Shown here: positions 12,624-23,800 of the stretch, piece after piece | How the letters are laid out: the number at the start of each line of letters is the position of its first letter | How positions within the stretch are numbered: the first letter of the stretch is position 1 | NCBI GenBank assembly: GCA_040143965.1 | Contig: JASJQH010006913.1 | Location: 1 to 40,492 of the forward strand | DNA length: 40,492 bases | Reading direction: 5' to 3' | Source: Basidiobolus ranarum | Lineage: Eukaryota | The notes under the pieces: generated by a model | Told to the model about the DNA's origin: nothing | The model's database searches: none | The model's input: only the letters and a program-made list of their open reading frames with translations | Translations under genes and position numbers: made by a program

Positions 12624-15600
12624 TTATTCGACTTCCCCCTCAAGGATGCGTTGGAAAGAAAACGGCTCAAATAGAGTTCCAGTGCCTTCATAAAACTTGT
12701 TATTGAACTCAACCCTAAATACGTTGAATAATTTAATAACATGCACGAACAATAAGCAGATATTTTACATACCAGTGTAATCGTAAAGCATGGAGAAAAG
12801 CCGATAATCCTTCCATTATCAACAGAATGCTAACAGTCAAAGTAAACCAAACAGTGAATCCAACCAATATCCCTAAAGGTCGTACATTAGGACTCAATGT
12901 AAAGCAGACTTCCAAGGTCATACTCCAGAGTACTTCGGAGAGTTCTGTTGATTGAGAAGAAATATTAATTCAAATAGCTCTCACAACATATCGCCTACTA
13001 GACACTTACGCGCATGTGCTAAACTAAGCGCCCACAAGCGAAGATAGGAAGCAGTATTGGAAATACAACCAAGGCAGAACTCGATCGTATGAATAATTTG
13101 ATGAATGACGATATCTGCAAAATCAAAATCCTAAATGTAGATATAGATGTTAGTATTCATTCGTTTAGATCCTAAACAAACCGGCTTACATCATGAATGT
13201 CTGAATCTTCATTCGCGTGGCCGTCGTAGCTTTCATTGTCGTGGTTGTGAGTTCCAACTGTAGTATACCCAGCATCAATAATTTTATCGTGCTCTTTTTT
13301 TAAAATGTAGGGCTTGGCACAAAGCATCCAAGGAATGCACACAAAGGCCACTAGTAGAAGGAGAGCTTGGAAAACTCCCTAAAGATATTAAATTAGTCCT
13401 TAAAGTTACCATACTTTGGGCGTATCAAAAAACACACCTGGCCACGGTAGAGTTGTTCTTTGGGGTCCACATGCCCGGGGCTCAAGAACATATAAATCAA
13501 CATATTCAACAGCCCAGGTGGAGTGCCGTAAAGTGCATTTCCGCTGGAGTCCGTAGCGAACCAATTGATTGACCATTTGTACAGAATTGTAAGAACTAGA
13601 TAGCCAAATATACACTCCATGAAAAGTACTTGAGGCAAAAACTCAGCCCATATGCTGAATTCCTTCTTAAAATACTTATAATTGAACACAGTCAACACAA
13701 TCCCGAAGGTCATCTATTAATGTATATATTATAGGTCAGTACCGGAGGGATATAGAGTACCTTATGAGATTTACCTGAGCTACGCCAAAGATTACCGACA
13801 TCTTCATCTTATACGAATTGGTGAAAATTAAATAGTTGTCACTCCCATGCCAGGCCTGCGTTGAACAAAAAGGTTGAGCTTGGGGTCAAATTCAGTATAT
13901 GAAGGATTAAACAACATACCGGATCCAGACCAAAGGGGTAAACACCAACTTTGGTAGCCTCGATAGACTGTCCTGGGAGAGTTGGGCTAGAGAACTCCCA
14001 TCCAGAGCGAAATAAGGAAAGACTTTTGGAAAACATGTCGTTGTATATGAGTCCAGTAAATATAGAGAAGATGCCCATGAGAAGTATTATATAGCGACCA
14101 GAAAACATCATGGCAAATATCTAACCAAGTTGTGCGATTAGGAATCTAATATCTCGTGTAAGTCAGTAAAATGGATATACCTCTCCACCTCCGGCCTTTT
14201 GTAGCTTCTTCTCTTTAAGACACATCCACATGGCAAATGTGGTCATGATTATTCCGTGGCCAAAGTCTCCAAACATCACCGCAAACAAGAAGGGAAAAGT
14301 GATCACGGTGAAAAGGCCAGGGTTAACTTCTTTGTATTTCGCGACGCCATAAGCATCCACAATATTCTGGAATCCCTCAGTAAACTTGTTTGTTCGATGA
14401 AATGTTGGTGGTTCTTTCGTCGTATGAAGCTCACTTAAAATAGACCCAATATTGGATCCTGACTGAGCCTACTTCAATAATAAGTTCATTGATCAAAGAG
14501 ACTATTATAGAGGAATGAGATATTACCGAGTCACTGCGGATCACAAATTGAATATGATCAATCTCGTTGGTAGGACACCACCCTTCTGCAATCAAGCATT
14601 TACGGTTGGAATCATAGATAAATCGGTTCATGACGTCATATATAGCCTTCTCTTTTTTAATGATTGTTTGCCAAGACGTGAGGCTATCGGAAGCAGCGAC
14701 AAGCTCAGTTCGACGCGTCTGATTGATATTGTATAGCACCTGAATGTAGAGAGAGTAAGAGCATATACAGAAATAAGGAATCCACATGCGCATTTACATT
14801 GTTTAGGTCTTCAATTTTGTTCGTTACATCTATCGCGTGTGCACGTCTATCTTCGACACTCTCTTCAATAGGATATAGGGTGGCGCTCATCGATTCAGAA
14901 ACCCTCTTTATTTTAGCAAGGATTTCCTGACCATGTGCAAAGATGATGAATACATTTTTATCCACATTCTCTTGCGTTACAGGATCCGTAATGGGCTCCT
15001 CAATCTCTCCCCAGTGCATATATAAGTTACCTCTTAATGCTCTCCATAAAATCCTCTCAAAAATGTGAATTCTATGCCTTGGAATGACTCCAGCAATAAA
15101 TCTAAGAGGTGTGAATTAAAATGAGTCCACTCCATGCATCCCATCACATCACTTACCCAATATTTACGTGTGTGGTATCCCCTGTGCCGCCAACTTCTAA
15201 GTCTTGTGCGTGAAGAAGTGGGGCTGAGTCATCAAAAGAACTACGTCTAATCTCCTCTTGATGAGTCTCTGCCTTCAATTTTTAAGGTTAATTTTCTCTA
15301 ATAAATAATCGAGGTTACGAAGGAAAAATATGTCATACTTCACGAAAGAAGGTCGTGGCTTGTTGAAGAATGTGCTTAACTTCAGTCATCTCCATAAGTC
15401 TTTTTTGTAGAGATTCAAATGACTGATTCATCTGCTCCAAACGTTGTTCGTACTGATTTACCACCTCTTCTAACTCGTCAATCTCACGAGTAGTCTGCGG
15501 TCTACTCAGATATCCATCGGTAGGAAAATTACGAGGCTTAATAAATTGTTTCTCACTTTGTTGAATGATGGAAACTAAAGAGACCGATTAGGGAAAGCGA

Positions 15601-15924
15601 GTAAGAATCAACTTTAGGTGACAGTACATACATATTTTCCGCTCAATTTCGTCTAATCTCCGAATTTCATTTACGAAGGCACGTTGAAAAGTGGTTGTCT
15701 CTGAGTTTAACTAGAATCAAGACGGGTTAGAGGCGATAAAAGTTATCTGAAAAGAAAGAATTCTTTCGTACGTCACGGAATTGTATGACACCAAGCTCAC
15801 CCAAGTGTGACACTGTTGGACGAGCCACTTCAGTGGGTATAAATAACTGGACAAGTGACATGTCTTCAGAACGAAAGAGACTAGACGGAGAACGTCTTGA
15901 TGTTGGGAAATAATGAGTATCCAT
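12624..15924 (-). CDS. VPH1: V-type H+-ATPase V0 subunit a, paralog B; 14 exons
   Basis: Same motifs as paralog A, including intact [17 protein letters not shown]. Thirteen GT-AG introns: 15711-15771, 15575-15631, 15273-15338, 15102-15156, 14740-14797, 14469-14526, 14121-14180, 13856-13919, 13714-13774, 13379-13437, 13131-13189, 12945-13009, 12715-12772. Confidence 0.95.
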
Positions 15925-16622
15925 ATTTCCCAAGGAAGTGATTGAGGCTTTCAGAAAGATGTGAAGTTAAAGTTACAATGGTGTTGTTGAAACAAAGGGA
16001 CAAGTTTGTAGGATGCTGTGACACGAGGTACTCTATTCAGAAAATAGGGATTTTAAGTCTAATCGTTTTGTTAGTGGAGAGTATTTTGAGAACTGTCACC
16101 GATGGATTGGCCGTAATTATCGTAACAATCGTAATTATCTGATTTGAGTAAAAAAGAATGTTATAATAAACATTGATATTTCGTGCTCAAATATTCACAG
16201 ACGCCTGCATACAGTAACAAGGAGTGATGGGCAGTGACGTCAATATAATGGAAAACTATATTTAGTCAGATCCATCTATAGATATCAATATATGGTTAGT
16301 GGCTGAAAAGGGTGATAAGGGCCGGTCATTAAAAAATATCTAATTGATCTGGTAACTCTTGATCTGGCAACTCTACCATATACGTTATCAAACAGCTCTT
16401 TACTTGATTTATTAAAATCACCATTGATTACGAACTATGACAAGCAAGTAATATAGACGTAATAAGCCAGGGGACATAGGCATGTTGATTAGGAGTGAAT
16501 GCTCTTGCACGCTAGGGCAGAGACTTTAATTATGCTCGATTATGCTCGATTTTAGGGTTAAGTGTATATATTGTTAAATGGAAATTATATCAATTTAATA
16601 CTGAACAGAACTGGATATTAAG

Positions 16623-19600
16623 TTATGGTGTGCGATTTAAGCTAAGCGTCTTGCGTGGTGAAGGGCTTTTAGAACCTTCCACTTTACGGCCTAAAGTAAG
16701 CTTATGCAGGCTGTTTGGTGATACTTGTTGCCCAGGTGTTAGGCGCCCGGTAACTTGCCGCGTACCTTGACGACTCGACGTTTGGCGACTAGGAGTCTGC
16801 CGACCAGCGCCAGGTACGGGGGTAGTAGTAGCCGAGGGTGGGGTATTCACTGACCAGCTTACAGCCCTTTTCTGCTTTGGAGTTTTCAGGTTTAGGTTCA
16901 GATTGATCTTCTCACCGCCTAATTCAATAATGTCACTGTTCAACTCTGTGTTGTGATCTAAAACAAAGTATATGAGTTTTAAGATGATGTCAAGAATGGA
17001 CACGTGATTACTTACCTAGCAAGTAACTGAAAGAGGAAGGCAGTTTGGAAGGCAATTTGAATGATGTTTGGATTAGTAACGGTTTATCAGCAACAATCTA
17101 AACCAATACGAATATTTACCGAGACAATTCGCACCAGCCACCACCAACACGGACCATCACCATTTTACTAGCTAAAATTCGACAATAACATAAAGACTCT
17201 CCAATCCAGTACTTGTTGGGATCGTTCGCTTTGGATATTTTTACACGCAACGGACAGTTATTTACAATTCGACCAATTTCTGAGTCGAGTTGATCTCTAG
17301 GGTTATAGGTATAGGTATTAGGGGATATTGGCACATCTTTCGGACTGATTCGCATGCGACTGAAGCGGCCACCAGACGCAGACATACGTGAGTTAGATCG
17401 ATTGGGCGTTCCAGATCGAGAGAGAGGAGTGGTGGATCCCGAAGAGGTGGATTGGGATGCTCTTCTCCTGGTGGATACACTGGCTTTTTTATAGGCCTCT
17501 AGGAGTTCTTTCTTTCTCTTAGAGAGTAGGCTACGCAATTCTTCCCATTGCTCTGGCAAAACATTCCATCTAGCAATTACTCTCCAATCGTCCAACTCCA
17601 TAGCAATTGCATGGGCCTTCTCAATTGTTTTCACAATATCGGGTGCGAGGGCGATGAAATTGGATTCCAGATGATGAAGTGCAGCTTCATAGCTAAATGT
17701 TTCGTCTTGCGTAGCGTCGTAAATCTCCAGCATTCTGCCCATTAATTTGTCTACCTCGTCGGCAAGGGCATGGAATTCATGGGCTTTTCCTACTTCGCCA
17801 CGCTTACTTTGGACTAGCTGGTTGAGCTCTTGCAACTTTTTATCAAGCGAGTGTCGGGATGCTTCCATCGATTGATCTATATCTGCGAAATCCACAAGCA
17901 TTTGGGACACAGCGTTGACAGCAGGTGTGATTTTATCCTGAATGTCAGCTTCGATAGTAGCTAGTTCTTGTTCGGGATCAACTATTCTACCAATCTCCTC
18001 AGAGTTGCCCATTTTGTTGAGTTTAGCTTTCGCTTTATCCAAGGAGATGAGTGCGTCCTTATATTCGGTCATGATGTGCCTTTTGTTGTTCAAAAATGTG
18101 ATCATTGCACTCCACTCCTGCTTGGTTTTATCGTTAAGTGTTGTTACCACTTCTGCAAAAGTGCTAGCTGTGTCACTTCCCAAGGTGTTCTCTGGGTCCC
18201 CTGTCTGAAAGCTCTGTAGTGTGTTTGTTGTAAGGCTGTTGAATTCATCAATGACGCTAGTTCGCTTCTCAATATCAGTGGCCTTTTGTTCGATGAGGTC
18301 GAGGAAATTCTGATCAACGGTAATACGAATCTCCAGTATATCGGCGATAAACTCATTAGTAATGTCTTCGATACTTCTTGCTGCTTGAATGTGAGTAACT
18401 ATATTCTCATAGACATGCAGCTGTTGATTTTCCGCTCCTATAGCTGAATCTAGACTCTCAAGGTCTGTATCGACATCTATACTAGAGTTATCATCACGAG
18501 AGCCAACTAGCTCTTGCATGACTTCCTGCACACCACTCCACTCTTGTTGAAGTTGCCCAAGAACATCGGCGCTACTTGACAGAGGCTCTTGGTCATTCTT
18601 GATGATGCTTTTCAGGAGAGAAAGCTCACCGTCTGGTAAGAACTGCTCGCCAAGAGCTTTTCGTCGAAGTTGTACAATATCTTTCTCCTTGGCGCATTTC
18701 TGGCGAATACTCTCCACATCTTGGTCAAATGCGTGCTGAATGTTCTCAGCTTTACTGGTATCGTAATTATTACGAAGAGTAGATAACTGATCGGAAAGTG
18801 CGGATTGTCTGTTAATAAAGGCTTCTTTATTGGTTATATCCTCAGGTGATTCTACCTCCATAAGATTTGTGGCCATGGATTGTTCGAGAAGCATTGAAGA
18901 TTGAGAAAGTAAATCTTCAATCTCTCGGGTTGCCTGGGGTAGATCCGTTAAAGAAAGACTTGACGCTGTCTTCATATTTCCTTCTGCTTGGTGTAGATGT
19001 TCCGATATTTCTTCAAGATGAGTGTGAAGATTTAACCAATGTTCAACGGATTTCACACTTTCTTCTTGATCATGGCAGAACCGCACGAATGCCTTCCAGC
19101 TGGTTTCGACATTGTTCATATATACGGATACTTCATCTGATACTTGAGGTAATTTAGAAAGCAGGGATTCTTCGTGGTCGTGAACAGCCTCCAAGCGAGT
19201 TTCGTAACTTAATAGAGAATCTTGAAGCGTATGAAAAGCACTCTTGATTCTATCAAAATTCTCTTCATCTTGTCTTCTATCGTCACCCTTCATTATACCA
19301 AAGGATTTCTTAGTCTCGAACATCGATTCAGTGGCACGTTTTAACAAAATCTGAAATTGAACGGCATCATCAAAGAATGCCTGTTTCATTCTCACTTCTT
19401 CGATTTGTTTCAGCTTATCACCTAAAACGTTCTTAATCTCTTCCACTTTTCTTTCAATATCATCTTGATGATCTTTTAACAGTTTACGGTCATGTTCAAG
19501 ATCTCCAATACAAGTGCTCATCTCACTGAGTAAGTTGGTGAGTACAGTATTTTCCAAGTTTTCTATATCATTTTTCCAGGTGGAAATCGTTTCATCTTGA

Positions 19601-20022
19601 ACTTCAGTAGGTTCAGCTTCATTTATATCTCTAAGGTAAACCTGAGCTAGAGAAGAAAGACGATTTATATGGCCCAAGAATACCGCAGAGGAGGCATTAC
19701 TATTGAGACCTTGACGATATTGTGGCAAGGTTTCTTTCAAACCAAGTAGATGTTCGCTTATCTCAGTTTGATTGGGTGTAAGAGTGTTGGTTTTTGAAGG
19801 AGTAGGTATGTTGGATACGAAAGAGTCATCTCTAAACCGTTCTGCTAACTCTAATAAATACTCCCGGGCATAAGGATTGCCTTTGAGTGAGCCTAAAAAA
19901 CCAGATAATTGGGCAACGACTTCTTCTACTTCACCTGAAGTAGAGTCAACGTTATGAAACAGTTGGGAATGAGGATTGGCTTCAGGGTGAGGCATCGGAT
20001 ACGTTTCAGCCGATAGAGTCAT
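16623..20022 (-). CDS. Helical/spectrin-repeat-like rod protein with C-terminal GAR (GAS2) microtubule-binding domain and basic S/T/R/P tail; ~1082 aa; exons 20022-17120, 17026-17016, 16957-16623
   Basis: GAR motif LDSEIGRIVNNCPLRVKISKA...KYWIGESLCYCRILASKMVMVRVGGGWCELSR-YLL-DH. The rod has spectrin-repeat-like Trp spacing (VETSWKAF, QQEWSGV, PEQWEEL). No CH domains. Confidence 0.88.
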
Positions 20023-20875
20023 GTATTGACAAAGTGAGCTTAAAGGAAAGTAGAATTTACAAAGAAATGATGGGTTGAAGAGTGAAAGTGACTATGGCAA
20101 AAAAACCCCACTTTCTTAGCATCAATAAGTTTTTCTTTGTGTCTTTTTTTCACTGATACAAAAGCAAAAGAACTGTAAATATTCACTGTCTATTAGAGTG
20201 CACTTTGTAATTTTTTAAATATGTTTCGTCCCTTGTTTACTGTTAACGAACCAAGAATTTTGAAGAAATCGCTTCAAAACGCTCGTATGATAAGATGTTT
20301 GAAAGAGGGGCTTAGGGAGGGAGAAGGGAGAAAGATTAGGTGCAGGATACGCAGAGTGTCTGAAATTAGGCACCAGATCCCAGATGCCAAATCCTCCGAC
20401 AAAGTAGAGTGATTTGATTGAAATGGTCTAAAATAGTGCGAATCGATTTCGTAGGCAGATTCCGTGGATTTACGTGGCGCTTGAGATGAGCCACTTCACC
20501 AACAAAGTGTGACATGCGTCAACAAGGAATCAGGATGTAGTTGACAGATTACATGCAGCAACTAAATCAATATAATGAGTAGGAACATAGCAAGAGCATA
20601 GTAGATGATGCAGGAATCATAAGGCCATTTTAATAGAAGAACCTTTACAAAATGAACAAAAAGCGAGGAATAAACAGTGGCAGATGATAAATAAAAACGA
20701 GGAAGAAACGTAGCAGAGGGTAAATAAAAACGGGATTGTAATGCTTGGTATATAGCGGGATGACATATAGCGGGATGATGTGGTGTTAAAGTTCGTGCAA
20801 TTATTGTTAAAATCAGGCAAAGAGGTAGAAGCTTTTCCGTATTGCTCATCGCTCTCTGATCTGTTTAGAGCATGT

Positions 20876-23800
20876 CTATTTCTGCATGACGGGTGCCATG
20901 GTGATAGGTGGTATGGCGCCAGCTTCCTTACCAAAACTGACTTGTCTTTGGGGAGTTCCGGACACACCATTGTCTGTAGCAGTTGTTAGATCTTCATTTT
21001 GAATGCTTTCTGACTCAAAGCCCACTGGGATGAATTTACGCTCGAAGGATGAATGGTCTGAAAGATATCTAGAAAGTTCAGCCCATCCACCTCCTACACG
21101 CACCATCACCATCTTACTATTCAAGATTCGACAATAACAAAGTTTGGGATCGACCTCACCAATCCAGTAACGTCCACTCTCATTGGCCTTGGTGATCGTT
21201 ATCCTAAGAGGACAGCAATTGACAATTCTTGCTACTTCGACATCTAGAGGGTCCTTGGGATCAGGGATATAATTGTTAGGGGAAGTGGGTACTAATCTTT
21301 TAGGAACAGGGCGGGAAGTATGCCAGGTGTTGACGCGGGCCTGCACTTTTTTCTTTGTTTGAGTGGGCTTTGGTAAAGGCGACGAGGATGGTGATCTACC
21401 TGAAGATTTCCGAGAAGACTTGAGGGGTTGGTTTCCTGCAGACACTCTCGATAACGAAGCCATAGTGGGTCTCATATAGCTCCCAGACATTGGACTAGTA
21501 GGTCTCCATATGGACTGTGGAGTAGCCGACCTAGACCTGGAGGCGGTGTATGGAGAGATCGACCTTGATGGGGAGAGCGAGCGTCGTTCAGTCGGGGTAG
21601 GTATCAAGCCTGATCTAGAAATTTTTCTTTTGGCCAACTCATTTAGTTGTTGAAGCCGTTTCATAACGAGGCTTTTCATCTCTTCCCATTGTTCGGGTAG
21701 GATCTTTAGTCTTTCCGCAACATCCCAGTCATTAAGTCCTTCAGCCAATGATTTGGCTTTCTCGATGGCTTTAGGAACTCTTCTTGAAAGAGAGGCAAAC
21801 GAGGATTCTAGTTGCTTGATAATGGAATACGCAGTGGCACCTCCTTCGCCTGGATTTTGGTCAACCAGATCCAGCAACGACCCCAATGCATTATCAATTC
21901 TATCGACCAAGAGATGGAATTCTTGGACACGCTCAACCCAGTTTTTAAGCTCATCCAAGGTCGAATGTAATGATTTAGCTCGAGTTTCCGCATCACTACG
22001 TTGGCTTTGGTATTTCTCATTCAAGCTTTCCGAAGAAATAAATAATTCGTCCAGTTTTTGAATCTTACTCATGATTGCATGTCGTAAGGTTGCTTCAATT
22101 TCCTTAAGTTCGCGGCCTAGGTCAAGAGATATCTCATTGCAGTTCCGGATACTGTCGGTTTTGTCTTGCAATATGGCAAGTTGTTGCTGTATAGAGTCCA
22201 AGCTATTCTTGACGAAGAGCTCTTTCAAGTTGTATGGAGCTAACTCCAACTCTTCCAGTTTTATCTGAAGCGAGGAATAGAATTTTTTGAGAATGGCCAT
22301 GTTGTCTTCTTGATTCTTGGCTGGAGACAACCAATCTGGATGGTCAGTAAAATTAAGAATGCCTCGACATTTGATAAGTCCCTTCTCCAAGTGGTCAACT
22401 TCGTGTTCTAGATCCATCGAATCGATATCAACAAGTGATTGTGCTCGACTGACTAGAGGATTTAAGAGATTTTCAGCATCGCGAAGTTGTTGATGCCATT
22501 GAACATACATGCGGAGTGAATCTATCTCCTTCTTCATGGTGTGATATACTCCAGAAAGACGAGCCCATTCCGACTCAATTTGATCTTGACTTTGGCTGAT
22601 TTTATCCGTAGCATCCGGTGATTGAGCCAAGATCGTAAAGTAATACTCGCGAAGATGGTCGTGACGTGCGGTACACATTCGTAAATCCGATTCAAGTTTA
22701 GTGTAGGCTAGGATGTAACTATTAAGCTGAGACTCGTCCTTTTCTAAGGATTCTCCACTCATATTGCTATGAGTGCTTTGAATAGTGGAGATTTCTCGGT
22801 TGCGCTCCACGAGGGTGGAGCGGAAGTCCTCCACATCATCAAGGTAAACTGCCAAGAGTCTAGAGCTTTTAATACTAGATACAAACTTTGCAAGCTGAGC
22901 CTTTGCTTGATCTAATATATCCTCAATGTTTTCATGCTGTTTCCGAACCATGCTTTTATGCTCTGATACATAGCATTCGCTCACAGTATGGAAGTCCTTT
23001 AAGGAATCTTGCTCTATTGTTTCGAGCTGTTCCCGCCATTTTAACACAATATCGTTTTCAACTCTGGCTGCATCGGTAGACTCGATCTCCTGTTGAATCC
23101 CATTCAAAGTTGAAAGAATGTTTTGAGCAGTTTGCAAATAGCGAGCAGATGCTAGAGTGGACTTCATGTTGTCAAAGGAGCCAGATACGAGTTGCTTGAG
23201 ATTACTCCAAGATTCATCGATTTCCTTACTACAATTAGCAATGTATTGCAACTGGCTTGAAGCGTTAGGCTCTTGGGCACTCTCTTCGAACTTCAGACGA
23301 AGTGTATTGAGGGATAAATACGAAGATTCCTGGATCGGGATCTCTTCAACTATTAATGTGACATTGTCCCACTGTGCTTCAAGGATACTAATATCAACAC
23401 CTGTAATATCTGACGTGCTCATAGTGCGTAATTCGGCCTCTTTGTCCTTAATCCACGTTTGTAGTTGAATATAAGTCTGCATAAAATCATCATGAATTGC
23501 ATTTTGTTGTAGATTGTATTTCTGCTTGGAAAAATCGGCGTGAACAGACTGAATGGATTCGGCAAGATTTTGATAACGAGAAGTAGCAGCTTGTAGTGCT
23601 TTCGAACTAGACTCACTAACCGCATTTCCGTCTAAGAAATTGTCCATACCAGGGATAGTATGTACTTGGTTGTTTAATTCTTCTAGGTTTTCTTGAAGCA
23701 CCTTCAACTTTTCTCCAATGATTGAATCGTCTTCTTCGAAATTGGTTGAATGTTTGTCAAAGAGATCTCGAACTTCGCTGATACTGGCTTCCAGCTCAGT

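Noticed and set aside
16531-16550. TATGCTCGAT x2, and the (CGTAATTAT)-like 9-mer triplet at ~16112-16140, as regulatory elements
   Set aside because: Too short and low-copy to distinguish from slippage repeats.
20562-20989. Short ORFs and small direct repeats (TATAGCGGGATGA x2; TAAATAAAAACG x2) between the two GAR genes
   Set aside because: They lie in the presumed 3' UTR/intergenic region, have only two copies each and no unique spacers; local slippage duplications, not a CRISPR array or a gene.
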